Assembly (NCBI GenBank): GCA_001949185.1
Contig: BDGG01000003.1
Coordinates: 3,579,158-3,643,157, forward strand
DNA: 64,000 nt
From: Ramazzottius varieornatus
Taxonomy: Eukaryota > Animalia > Tardigrada
Direction: 5' to 3'
In this document: piece after piece, positions 12,800 to 25,381 of the stretch
How positions within the stretch are numbered: position 1 is the stretch's first letter
How the letters are laid out: every line of letters starts with the position of its first letter
Notes under the pieces: generated by a model
The model's input: the letters and a program-made list of their open reading frames with translations, nothing else
Databases searched by the model: none
What the model was told of the DNA's origin: nothing
Program-made: the position numbers and the translations under genes

Positions 12800-14764
12800 A
12801 TGCCTGTTCCAGAGATACTGATAACTGCTCCCGTCGTTAAATGGTTGGAACTGGACTTCGGTGAAAGCGTGACTATCTTGCCCAACGCGTGCTCCTTCGC
12901 CGATGTCGATAACGACGGGGTACGCAGGACCGTCCACCGAGGTGATCTGCCACGAAAGATGAAGTGAAACACGCTTACGTTTACTTTAGGTGTCGGAATT
13001 CGTCGCCGGCTCCATATCGGGCGAACTATTCGTAAGTGCTCAGAGCAAGACTTGCTTTTGACCAGAGTCAGAAAAGGTATGCTTTAAGATCTTCAAAAGC
13101 ATCTCGGCAAAATACTGGAAGAAGTCGACGGAGCAACTAGGAATGGTGAGTGGGAATGTAGATGCGATCTCCCAGCCTCATGGTGGAGTGTCCCAGCTAC
13201 AGCCGTTCTGGTGGAGCTTCTGCTTTACAGTGGTGCAAATATCTTCCGTCATGGTCAAGTTTTGTACTTTCAGATCACGGCGGTTGGTGCTGGTGATATA
13301 ATGCGGAAGAAGAAAAACATCATGTACGCGGTTACGGGAGAGGGGAACCTGTATACTTTTGCGCTTTCGGCCAGTCACGCACTTCCCAAAGACTTCGAGG
13401 TACACCGCACGCGTGACTTAGCTAAGACAGCTTTTACCGTCAGGCACAACGTTAAGTTTGAAATATCTGTATTACAGCTGGAATCAACTGGAAAATTAAA
13501 AGACCACAGCTCTGCGCGGAATCGCAACATTGATTATCTAACTCACCAAACAATTCCACCGAACATCGTCATGTCAGTCCTTGCCGACATCGGTACGTGA
13601 AGTCTTTGCAGTTCATAACACAAAGCTCGTTAATCTTGTCATTAGAATCGACGTTGCCATCCCGTCCATTGTTGTTCTGATGTTTCAGATGGTGATGGCT
13701 TTCCCGAGATCCTTTTCGGTATGACGGACCGGGTAGTACGGTCCTTCAAATGGGTGGAACTTTCGGTATTGGCGGCTTTTTGTAACTATCTTCTTATCAT
13801 TATTTCTTTTCACAAGCTTTCTCAATGTCGTAGAACGGGCCAGGTGGAATTACCGGTGCCTTCACCACCATGAACAAGTGGGAGTTTTCCGGGCAGATTG
13901 GGAACCTGTCCTCCACCACATTCAACGGCGCAGCCGAGATCTTCGTGTCTCAGCCCGGCGGCTGCTGCTGTCGATTGAAGACGGCGCTTTCATCTGCCCA
14001 GCCTAATGCTGAGATCGCCTTTGAACCTCCCGTCTATCATAGCTCCTCAGTTACACGGACAAGGAACAACTCCATGCAGACGCATGTCCTTGCTGGTATC
14101 TCCTTCACCGATCAAGAACCTGCCTTCGTTACAACAGAAGCTGTTCCTGTCAAGTACGAGAAAGACATTTACGCCATGTGCAACTTTGATGGTAATTATT
14201 TGCCCTTGTCCTGCATAAAAATCATAGTCAATCGTATGCATAGTTCTCTGAGCTTTATGTCACTTTCAGGGAGTCTCATAGTTTGCCACGAAGACACGGT
14301 TTTATGGGAGTTCCAGACTTCGGAGAACCTGATCACTATACAGCCACTTCCTTTTCGGGTACACGGAGTATCCTTTACACTATAAAGAGTTCGTTGAGTG
14401 CGTGGTCTATTTCTGCTTTGATGTTACAGGATGAGTTTGTCTTGGCTGCTGGTTCCGGCGCGGTGTACGTCGTGAACCGGAATAAAAAGATGGTCAAGCT
14501 GCTTTTGGCTGAACCTATGAGTGGTTTCGCTGTCGGGTCCTATGGATCAGTAACTCGCCCTACAGAGAATATCAACACCTGCGCTTTCGCCACGATTTGT
14601 AAGTGATACGAATACTTTCTGGATTTTAAATGGCTAGTAAGATGGGTGGGTTTTTGCTTGTAGCGGGGCCCAAAGTTTTGATATACCACGACCTGGATAT
14701 TCCGTCAAACCTAGACAAGCTGGGTTCCTTGTGGAGAAGACCTGTGCTAAAGCAAAGAGCGTAG
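12800..14764 (+). CDS. ITFG2: KICSTOR subunit ITFG2 (FG-GAP repeat protein), multi-exon
   Basis: Spliced LELDFGES...NACSFADVDNDG|VSEFVAGSISG, ITAVGAGDI, QTIPPNIVMSVLADI|DGDGFPEILFGMTDRVVRSFKW closely follows ITFG2. 3' end approximate. Confidence 0.85.
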
Positions 14765-16024
14765 TGGGCTTACTTGCTGGCGAACTGTGCTTCCGGGTCG
14801 TCGTTGCATGGTCGTATTTCCACTCTGTGCAGATTTGTTATGGTATATTGTGAGACAACAAAACGATAATTGCTTTTTCCTTGATGAAAGGTTCTTTGCT
14901 CCTCTTGGTTCTAATGGTACAGTAATTTTATAGTTTATGTTTTTACTCTAAAGTTTATGGGATTCTATCGTTCTAGTTAATTCCATGGTGTTCTGCAAGT
15001 GCCGGGGATTTGTGTTTGCCTTTAGGGTTTGTTTACATATTGTCCGCAGTATGACTTCACTGCTTCCGACGGCCGGTTTACGATACTGGGGCGTTGGGAA
15101 AATAATGGGAATATTCCACCGTATGTAGCTCAGTAGTCTTGTACAGTTTCAAGTGTTCAGATCTTCGGAGAAATCCAACAGATTCGTTTGTTTGCTGTTT
15201 TTACTTGGATGTCGTCTTTCCTGCTTCAGGTTCGCATCTGCAAAACTCCATCAGGACCCCGAAGCTAGAACAGTTGTGCTCACTGGACTTTCGAGTTTCG
15301 AACCGTCCGAGACGATTGCTGATACGCACCAAGAAAATCTCTCTCTGCTGCTGTTCAGTTCTCTGCACACTTGACTGCTGCTGTTCTCTGCACACTTGAC
15401 TCAAAATTTCAAATTTTCATTTCTCAGCTGATCTCTGTCTGCACAGTGCTTCACGTTGCGAGATACCGTTTCACGTATGGGCTTCTTGATACCTATTGGT
15501 GTCGGGGATATCGACAGACAGAGACTAGCCAGAGAGAAAACCATGAATTTCAGCCTAGTCAGGAGGCAAAGTTTGCCTACAAACCTACCCCGCAAAACTC
15601 GCGCACTTCCGCTCCCGTTTCCGAGACTTCCGAAAAACGCGATTTTGTCTCGCTCACGACTAATTTCCGTTGATCAAGCAAACAAATTTTAAATCAACCG
15701 TTTGCGACTTAAACAGCTCGTCGTGAGGAGGACCAATAATCCGTTTTCGCTCTCAAGATAAACTACTCGAGGGCTGCTTATCTTGAAAGCGAAACATCGT
15801 AATCCACTTCAAGATCAACACAATCAACGGAGTTTTACGGCCTGTCGTGAGGACTAGTGTTCACCAGTCACTCTAATCTGCATAAGTGCTTGCTGCGCAC
15901 TAACGACGTATCGTACGCTTTATCCATCATCTGCGGAAGATTCCATCGAGGATCGGACTTACATACGGTAGGTTTATTGGTGTTCAGTCCTTCTTACAAT
16001 ACCTATTGGCATGCGTATGCTCCC

Positions 16025-17504
16025 ATGGATGTCTCGAAAGCTCGTTACTTGTATCCCCTTTGTTCTGTTGTTGCAGTGACTTTAATCGGCGCTTCCAGTG
16101 TCGACACGACGACCGATCTCCGATTCAAGCAACCCGTTCTCAGTTCGACAAACATGTCGCTAACTGGCCACTTCGTCACCACCTCCGCTGGCGTCCAAAT
16201 GCCGCGTTTTATTTACGGGACTGCATGGAAAAAAGATAGAACTACCGACCTGATCATGAAGGCCGTACTTGCTGGATTCCGTGGGATCGATACCGCTAAC
16301 CAGGAGAAGCACTACCGAGAGGTACGAGTATTCGTAAATGGGAGCTCGGGATAACAGAACGTACAAGATCGTTATCTTCACTGGCGCACCCGGCCATTCA
16401 GAAACAGTAAAAACTGCGCCACTTCCACGTTTTGTTTGCCCAGCTCCCACATGGCACATTGGTAAACGAGTTAAACTAGATCGTATCTCAAGTGGCGCAC
16501 GGTTTCATTGTTACTGGCCGAAACTGTGCGCCACTTGGGAAAACATCTGGTTCAAGATGTTCGCCCACGTCCCACATGTTAGAATACCCTCTTGGGCTCT
16601 TCGCACGGTGGATGATAATTTCTCGCCTGGTATTTATAGGATTTGGTGGGAGCTGCGTTGGGTCAGCTGCAGCAAAACCACGGAATACGTCGCGAAGATC
16701 TCTTTATACAGACTAAATTCACCAGTGTTGACGGACAGGATCCCAGGACGATTCCGTACGATCCAAAGGCGCCTCTGCAAGAACAAGTAACAACTGGGAA
16801 GAACAGAGACGAGACTGCATTCAGATGATCGAGCGTGCTGGACTTCAGTCAAGCTTGACTTCTTGTAGGTACACCAGTCCTTCGCGAAAAGCTTGACGCA
16901 CCTCAACACTTCTTATGTGGACTCTCTGGTCATGCATGGACCGATGCGCACGCACGAGGACACGATGGTAGTCTGGAAGGTTTTTGAGGAATTCCATAGT
17001 CAGGGTAAGGCGAAGCAGCTGGGCATGAGCAATGTCTACGAACTCAAGAAGTTCGAAAGAATCTACAAAGACGCCCAAGTGAAGCCTTCGGTTCTGCAGA
17101 ACCGCTTCCATGCAGACACAGCCTATGACACGGAACTCCGAGCTTTCTGTAAAGCTCACAACGTCATTTATCAGTCCTTCTGGACGCTGACGGCTAATCC
17201 ACATATTCTGAAGAGTCAGGTGGTCAGAGACATGGCTGCAAAGTACAACAAGACGACAGAGCAGATCTTCTTCCGGTTCGTATCGGCTTTGCTTCGATAT
17301 TTGGCTCTTTCGGAGCTCTCAGTGAACTTGTTTCAAAATTTCAGTTTTGTTATGGATCTGGGCATAGTACCGTTGACGGGTACTACGAACGAGCAACATA
17401 TGAGGCAGGACTTGGAGGTACTCGATATGCAGCCCCTGACGGAAAACGAGATGGCGCATATTGAACAGTTGATGATCAGAGAATTCAGCGCTCATAGACT
17501 GTAA
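16025..17504 (+). CDS. Aldo-keto reductase with hydrophobic N-terminal extension
   Basis: MPRFIYGTAWKKDRT...GFRGIDTANQEKHYRE|DLVG...REDLFIQTKFT...YVDSLVMHGP...LGMSN...LQNRFH. Introns 16322-16639, ~16787-16868, ~17276-17344. Confidence 0.9.
16339..16576. repeat. Intronic hairpin copies 3 and 4, adjacent and oppositely oriented (AKR intron 1)
   Basis: Cores 16378-16425 (24-nt spacer) and 16489-16537 (25-nt spacer). Both end GCCCA(GC/CG)TCCCACA. Confidence 0.9.
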
Positions 17505-17678
17505 ATCCATGAGCACTCCGCTTAGTAGTCCTTCTGTGCTCTATAGTACCTCTCGGTTTTTTATGTTCAGTTAGACGTATGACATTGTTGCTGTATTTTT
17601 GTAAAATGAATCAACGCCGCAGGTACTTAAAAGCATCACATTGCACAAGCGTTTTTCTTTGTTTTTGAGCAAAATATA

Positions 17679-17884
17679 CTGTATTCCCTGAAACGTTCTG
17701 CGAATCACGTGACTGTCGTGGTAAATATCATCCGGCGGGGAACAGAAAGTATCTATACCTTCAATCAAAGACTGCGCCCCAGTCAAGTGTCATGATGGGC
17801 GACAATCAAACAATCAGCGATATCAGTGCGGGTGTAATTTACTGGCATCATGACGGAATTCGCAGAACTATCGAGGGAATACAG
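17679..17884. mobile_element. 206-bp MITE, TA TSD (intact copy of the element split at 36860-38634)
   Basis: TIRs CTGTATTCCCTGAAACGTTCTGCGAAT / ATTCGCAGAACTATCGAGGGAATACAG with TA on both sides. Its reverse complement aligns to 36860-36988 plus 38558-38634. Confidence 0.92.
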
Positions 17885-17968
17885 TAGAAAGATCCACGCA
17901 ATGTTACTCTTGAAAGGCAAAAACTACAATCCATTCGAATAAAACTCACACTTTTGAAGGCCAATGGT

Positions 17969-20900
17969 TTACCGGTTCGCAGCCTTCTGACCATAACCTC
18001 CTGCAAGAAGATCCCGGCTTCATTTGTGCAAAAGTTAGCACTTGAAGCGGGTAAAGAGTTACGGCAAGGATGAACTGACGTACCTCCACCAGGAGTTAGT
18101 AGACGGAAGCAGTCTCCCGCCTCAACAGGTATGGCGGTCTTCGCGCCCAGGCTGACAACTTGGCCGTCCTTCCGAATAAGCAGGTTTTGCCCACATGCAC
18201 CTGGCATTCCTCCTACGCATACGAAGCACCCAGTTAAACAGCCACAGTATACACAATACGATGATCAAGTGAGAATGTCTAACCTTCGAGGCCATACGGC
18301 GGGAAAGACCTCCGTTCTGTCAGGACAGAGAGCGTCACCGGCGCCCTGAACAGAAGCTCTCTAATCACCCCATCTCCTCCAGGATGTTCTCCGTCTCCGC
18401 CAGTCCCGTGGTTGAGCGAGAAAGTCTTCAGTACTACCGGGTACCGCTTCTCCAGAATTTCCGGGTCGGTAATGCGCGTGTTAGTCATGTGGGTGTGCAC
18501 ACCAGAAGCGCCATCCCAAGTTGGCCCGCCTATGGCAAAATGGAAATAAGTATCAAGACTACGGGCGGAGTTGAGCTTTGATCGAAAAGAGCACAGCCTT
18601 TACCTCCAGCACCTCCTGCGACCGTTTCGTAGTATCCAAAGTTCTCATTCCCAAAAGTGATGTTGTTCATACACCCCTGTGAAGCCGCGCACTTTCTAAA
18701 AGCTTTCAAAATCACATCAACTATCCTCTGTGACGTCAAGACATTCCCTCCAACCACCGCTGCTTTCTCATTTGGGTCCAGCAGACTGTACTTGGGGACA
18801 ATGATCTTGACTGGTTTCAGACAGCCTTGGTTCAGGGGGATATCGTGCTCGATCATGCAGCGAAGGCAATAGATGATGGCTGATAGTGTGATGGCACGTG
18901 GGGCATTCAAGTTACCCCACATCTGAGGCGAAGTCCCTGTGAAGTCCCATTCCGATTGACCGGATTCAGGGTCGATTGTGATGGACAAAGCGATAACGCT
19001 GCCGGTGTCCATCTTGTCCTCCGCGTAGAGCTTGGTGGAACCGGTCGATTGTAAGGCTTGCTTGGCTACCGAGCGAAGAAGGTCCCGGACTGCGGCCTCT
19101 GCTTGAGACTGAATGTGGCCCATGTAAGCTTGGACAACTTTCAGGCTGTATTCTTTGATAAGTCCAACCACTACGCAGAAACGAACGGAATGGAATTACA
19201 CTGAGGGGTCACACAGCATTGTATCTATACCTGCATACACGTAGTCGTACACTCGCAATAGTCAGTGTGTATGCAGGTATATGCGAGAACCGAATACTGT
19301 ACGGTTTACAGTCTAGCATACCTAAGTCGATCCCTTTCTGCAAACGAACGAAATGGAGTGACACTCGTAAGGTCGGTATACTGAACTCAGCATCTTCACC
19401 ATACCTGATTGGCAGCAATCTGAGCTCTCAGATCCGACAGATTGTCATTCAGATTACGGGTTCCAGTACAGCCAGGGAACTGTGCTGGGGCTTGAAGAGC
19501 CGCGATGACATCGTCTTCCTGGAACTCTCCGTTCTTTACGAGCTTGAAACACTTGAAAACAGCTCCTTCTTGGTCCAACGTAGTACTGTTCGCCGGCATT
19601 GAACCCGGTGTCAGTCCTCCGATGTCTGCATGATGACCACGGTTCGCCACGAAGAAGACTGGCGAGTCGTTACCGGAGTCTTGCATGAAGACCGGGGTGA
19701 TGAGAGTCAGATCAGGAAGATGCGATCCTCCGGCGATGGGATGGTTACTGAGAATCACGTCGCCGGGGTGAAGATCGCCTCTGAGTTGGTTCAACTGATA
19801 CTGGACTGCTTCCTGCTCAGAAAGAAGACAAGTAATGAAAGAAAAAACCATCTCACAGAATAGAGCGGGAGATCACCCAGCAATTCCGAACATCTTGAAA
19901 TGAAGCTACACACTTCTCCTGGGGGTAAATGCACACTTCGCCGTATGCAGGTGCATGAAAGACATTTTCTTCGCTATTGATTTTTCAAACTATAAAAGAT
20001 TTGTATTGAAATGTGTTCAGTTGACCAAACCTGCATGGCGCCGAGGTGGACAGGAATGTGCGGGGCGTTGCTGACAAGTCCGCCATCAGGACCGAAGAGT
20101 GCGCAGCTGAAGTCCAGTCGTTCTTTGATGTTAGTACTGATGGAGGTTCGCTGCAGCACACGACCCATCTGTTCAGCTATACTCATGAACCGATGGGCGA
20201 AGATGGACAGCTGAATGGGATCCATCTTCACGCCGACGTTCGTGTTGATTTTCGCGTCGACGTCGATGAGGAAATTTCCAAATTTTGTCACTCGGGCCAA
20301 ACTTTTCGGCTTCAGCAGGATTGTGGTGTTCTTGTCAAGAATCAAGGCTGGACCGGAGATGGTGTGACCGGACAGGAGCGAGTGTGACGCGAAAACTTTC
20401 GTCTCTTGATAGCCATTCAGTTCAGCGAAGTACACCTTGACAATCTATGAAAGATAATCCGAATTACAGTACTGAAACAGAACGAAACGTGCAGATCGGT
20501 GTATCAAGTGGCGCACGTTTCCATTGTTGATGGCTCCAGGTGTGCGCCACTCGAGACAGCAATCTGGTACGTTGCGTTTCCAGGTGACTCCCAGCTGCCT
20601 TCGCTCTTCTGCTACCTTTTCTTCTCGTGGGTCGTCTTTCGCTGCTGGAATCTCCTGTTCCCGAACAGTCGCTGCTCTTGCATCAGCCCGAACCCTGACA
20701 TCGTCCACAATCATTTGCCTGTTGGGTATTATGAACCCGAACTCTCTTCGATACTGTTTAGTGAAAGCATCCACAAAGTTGCCATGTTTCATGCCTTCAT
20801 GTGGTGTCGTGTCCTCGGGATGACACATGATAGCACAGTCAGTTCGATCATACCGAATATTCAAGAACGGCGTGAAAGTAATCTCCTTTTTCCGGAACCC

Positions 20901-23540
20901 ACTCGCTTGTAACTTGTTACTAAACTTCTCTATCAAGTCATCGATCTTATTCGACATGGCTTCGTGACTGTTGGGTTCGAATGCGTGACCAAAAGGGAAG
21001 GTCTCGTCCTCCACGACAGAGGCTAACGCCATGCCGTAAGCCGATAGGATACTACCGTGCTTGTGGATAAAGACTTTCTTGATGCCGAGGGAACGAGCGA
21101 CGTCGCAGGCGTGCTGACCACCGGCTCCGCCGAAACAGGATAGGACGTGGTTAGAAGGATCGTAACCTCGCGCTTGGGTCAGGTTGCGGATGGGTCGACA
21201 CATGGCTTCGTTAGCTACTGTGACGAAACCTTCGGCAATTTCCTCCACACTCATCTGCTCTGCAACAGAGAACACCACGCTTCGAAATTATTTGACAAAC
21301 CACTTATTAAATTTTGATCTTAGTCTACAACGTACTTTGTCCATTCCGTGCAGAAAAGCTGTTAATCTCGCTGGCAAGTTTCTCAAATGCTGACCGAGAA
21401 GCATTCAGGTCCAGCGGTTCGTTCCGTTTCTCCCCAAAGATATGCGGGAAGTACTCGGGTAACAGACGGCCCAGCACGGCGTTGGCGTCTGTTATGGTCA
21501 GAGGTCCTCCGCGCTTGTAACAGGCTGGACCCGGATTAGCACCTGAAATACCCAGAATGGTTAATACATTCCTACCTGTGAGATGTGACAATTGCTTCTT
21601 CTGCAACCGAACTGCGTTTCTGCACGAGACTGCTGGCCATGCACTGCGCAGCACGATCAGCTGATCGACGTCCGGTTGTCTTTTGACTTGCTCAAGTAAT
21701 CAAGCGCGTGTCTGATCAGCTGATCGGTCTCATGCGAATAGCATGGCGAGCAAATCCGTTGATAAATGGATCGTCCGGAACTGATTTCGGGCGTTTGAAC
21801 TGTCACATCTCACAGGTAGGACTGTAGTCCTCCGAGCCAAACTTTTCGCCAGGTAGATCTCCCTCCACCGTTGAAGAAAACGCGGATTAGTTAGCATACC
21901 TGCTGACTCGGGACCCACAACGAACAAGCCGGATCGGAAGAACAGTTGCGAACCTCCACCAGCCGCCACTAAACAATACCTCTTGTTAAAACTAGTTTGG
22001 AGACTTAGGCAAAGTCAGCAACTTTCCGAAGTGGCAATGCGAGTACTTAAAGTTGATCGTAGTTTTTGTCTTGGAGTTACCTGTGTTGATATCCAGTTGT
22101 GGAACCTGGATATTAACACCAGAGACCTTCGCTTCGAAAGTGTGGTCGTACTCGCCCGCATACCGACTCACGTCCGTACTCGTTCCTCCCATGTCGTATC
22201 CAATCAGCGGAGCTCTGCCTGCCTCTTCGTAGCCAGTGGTGGCAAAGCCCACAACTCCGCCCGCAGGCCCCGAGACGATGGCCTGCGAACCGATAAGCGA
22301 AGAACTCAACCCGCCGTCGGAACGCATAAAAAGCACGTTAACGCCTTTCAGATTGTCTTTGAACCCGCTTTTGAAGCCTTGCAGATAACGCTTGATACAA
22401 GGAGTCAGGTAGGCATCCACGCAGGCTGTCTGTCCACGCGGTACCATACCTGAAAAGAAACAACAACATGGGAGCTAAAACTAAAAAATTACATGCGCCA
22501 GCCATCACCAACCTGCATACATTAGCCTCTACAATCAAATGGCGACACTGTATGCACGTTCAAGCACAATGGATGACATTAGTTTCCCGGCTTTTCAAAT
22601 AGTCGAAAAAATTCTGGTTATCCCCAAATGCATCCGAAGTAATTTTAAAACGTAAAGTTAAGTGTATTTTGGTAACTTTCAAGAGCTAGAGACCGTACGT
22701 ACGTTGCATTGGCATGACTTGACAGGACAAGGAAACATTCGTAAAGCCCATTTCCTCCGCGATTTTCCCTATCTGCAACTCGTGATCCTGCAAAGTGTAG
22801 GAATGAATCAGGACCACAGCCAAACTTTTGATCCCACTGGCTAGAACTCTTCGCAGGTCGGAGCGTAGCTGTTCGACGTGGAGTCCCTTCCAGATTTCGA
22901 ACGTATCGCCAGTAACACCTTTAGCTGTCCTGATGGTCTCTTTATTATGTCGATCCATTTGGTCAGTGTCCATCTGGATAACTACCCGTTCGTCCACCTC
23001 AATCACTTCTTTGTACAGGAGCTCGGGTCGTGCAATGGCTAGGTCGAAAATGTGCGGACGTTGTTGGTTGCCGATTTGGAGCAAGTCACGGAAGCCTTTC
23101 GTCGTGACGAGAGCCATGGGTTCGCCTTTCCGCTCGAGAAGCGCATTCGTTGCCACCGTGGTTCCCATGCGGATCCATTCGATGAACGACGTGTCCACTG
23201 GTTGGTCAGCTGGATATGGCACACCAGTTTCCTATGACAACAGTAAAGTGTTCCACCCTGATTTCGCGACTTCCAAGAGTACATACAGATTCCAGTATTC
23301 GACGTATAGCTTCGCGCGGAGCGTCGCTGTAGCTGGGATCTTCGGAGAGTAGCTTGAGCACTCGCACTTTCGAGTCCGGACACAGCGCGATCACATCTAC
23401 AAAATATGCTGATATGACAAACGTATCCAATACGGCAGGTGCATCAAGAGGAATCGAAGCGCACTTAAGTTACCAGTAAATGTTCCCCCTCGATCGATTG
23501 CAAACCGAAACTTCCGTTCTCGTCCTCCGTCTTCACTCAT
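17969..23540 (-). CDS. OPLAH: 5-oxoprolinase (ATP-hydrolysing), multi-exon
   Basis: [11 protein letters not shown]|[91 protein letters not shown]|GYG. Confidence 0.97.
20480..20593. repeat. Intronic hairpin copy 5 (OPLAH intron 20445-20615)
   Basis: CAAGTGGCGCAC(20505)-25nt-GTGCGCCACTCG(20553). Confidence 0.9.
21575..21816. mobile_element. Intronic MITE in OPLAH
   Basis: Perfect 21-bp inverted repeat TCCTACCTGTGAGATGTGACA (21570-21590) / TGTCACATCTCACAGGTAGGA (21801-21821). Internal GATCAGCTGATC palindrome occurs twice. Confidence 0.75.
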
Positions 23541-23681
23541 TTCCGGTGGCGTACACGTTATCCTGCACGATCAAAACGCTCTGGGGGATGCAGGATTGCA
23601 GGGAGGCTAAAAATCATGAAACAAAACTTGGAAGAACGATGGAAACTTAGATATTTGGAACGAGCCAGAGGTTTTCCTGTC

Positions 23682-23976
23682 CCATTGGCCAGCGGTGGAC
23701 GGGTGATTTATTCAGCCTGATATCGAAAAACACGGAACTGCCACCTACGACCCGTCGGGGACCGGCACAACGGGCAATCTTATCATCAGTACGCGAATTC
23801 TACCTCTAGTGAACAAGAGACCTGGTGTTCGAACAACATTCGGAACGGTATGTTTCATATAAAAAATATTGATCGACAGAGTACCGTTCCAAAGTTGGGC
23901 TGCGCTTGAGGTTGCGAAGCCGTTCCGTGGTTTGGATAATTCACTGAATAAATCACCCGTCCACCGCTGCCATTGG
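23682..23976. mobile_element. MITE-like inverted-repeat element upstream of OPLAH
   Basis: CAGCGGTGGACGGGTGATTTATTCAG and its exact reverse complement at 23944-23969; similarity extends ~60 bp. Confidence 0.8.
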
Positions 23977-23977
23977 C

Positions 23978-24182
23978 TATGGCACATGAGCTACAGTGAG
24001 CAGGTTGCGTTTGGTCGGATCTGAATTCCGACTGATCGCTACATCATCCCATCCGACTGTGTGGCGTACCGTTAATGAGTGGCACTGCCACATTACTACC
24101 ATGGTCCATCGATCAGCTGATCGTGACGTAACGAACTGAGCGCGTAGCACCGTAACCTGTCCACTGTAGCTCATGTGCCATG
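23978..24182. mobile_element. MITE-like element with TATGG terminus
   Basis: ATGGCACATGAGCTACAGTGAGCAGGTT vs AACCTGTCCACTGTAGCTCATGTGCCAT inverted arms. No clear TSD. Confidence 0.75.
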
Positions 24183-24265
24183 GTTAATGGGTCAGGATAA
24201 CCTCTGGAACGAGCAGCTGATAGCGATATTTATGTGTATGTGTGATGTCATATGATAGATAGATA

Positions 24266-25127
24266 CAGTCACGGTCTATAGTCATGGCCACCCCATAGCC
24301 TTCCTTTGCTTCCTTATATCTTCCCAGCCCGGCATCCAATTTTCGTAATTCAAAAAGAATTCTACAGAAGATACCTTGAACTTTCTGATCACGCGACAAT
24401 CGGGACGACTTTTCAATCAATCAACCGGTAGGCACCGGTGGCTCGGACAAGGAAAACGGCCTTTTCGGCTGCGTATGTCCCGTCGCGTTACAGGTTTGGG
24501 GAAAAGCCTAAACGGCCAGAGTGTAGTCCGAACATCGGTCTATCCCACAAAGTAAAAAAGATCGCCAACAAAAACTCCTTGCAAAACTTTCTCGTTTGGG
24601 GCTTACAGTCTACTTAATGACATTTTTCATGGACGAAGAACTTTCGCTTGGCACATCTTCCGTTGTTCTCGTTCTGTTTATGCGAAAAAATTCATTTACC
24701 AAATCCAGAGTTTGCTCTCTCGAATGAGCATACTCTTGTTCTGTCAGATTCACAAATGAGCGAGAAGACCAATGATCAGTTTGATTTGTTCGAAAAAGTA
24801 GGCTGTAAGTCCCATACGGGAAGTTTTGGAAGACATTTTTGTTGGCGATCTCTTTTAGTTCGCGGGATAGACCGGTGTTTGGGCTACATTCTGGCCGTTT
24901 AGGCTTCACCCTAAACCTGTCATGTGACGAGACATACGCAGCCGAAAAAAGCCCTGTTTTCCTTGTCCGAGCCACCGGTGCCCACCGGTTGATTGATTGA
25001 AAAGTCGTCCCGATTGTCGCGTGATCAGAAAGTTCAAAGTATCTTCTGTAGAATACTTTTTGAATTACGAAAACTGGATGCCGGGCTGGGAAGGCTATGG
25101 GGTGGCCATGACTATTGACCATGACTG
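24266..25127. mobile_element. Non-autonomous Tc1/mariner-like foldback element with ~350-bp TIRs
   Basis: 24266-24616 is the imperfect reverse complement of 24797-25127. Termini CAGTCA(C/T)GGTC-ATAGTCATGGCCACCCC; TA at 24264-65 and 25128-29. Confidence 0.9.
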
Positions 25128-25381
25128 TAAATTTATTGAGCCTCGACAATCTAGTCGACCGCTTCCTCGATCGTCAGATGACAATGATACACACAAAAAT
25201 AAAGTGACAACAGCTTTGGCAAGGGGAATTGATCAAGAATAGCTTCAGAAGATCGACATGTAGAAATTACGATCCGAGATCAGGTACCAGAGAAGAAGTG
25301 AGAAAACTCGCAAGCCATTGCAGATAGAACTAACCACTAAACAAGGAGAAAAGGGAGCATTATTTCCGCCTCTCCAGGTGC

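Noticed and set aside
15345-15400. Tandem duplication CTGCTGCTGTTC...CTCTGCACACTTGA (also the TTCCGCCTCAYGTGACT pair at ~62686-62725)
   Set aside because: Two-copy local slippage duplications with no further structure.
24610-25149. 179-aa ORF
   Set aside because: It lies within the TIR of a foldback element and shows no transposase motif; likely a chance ORF.
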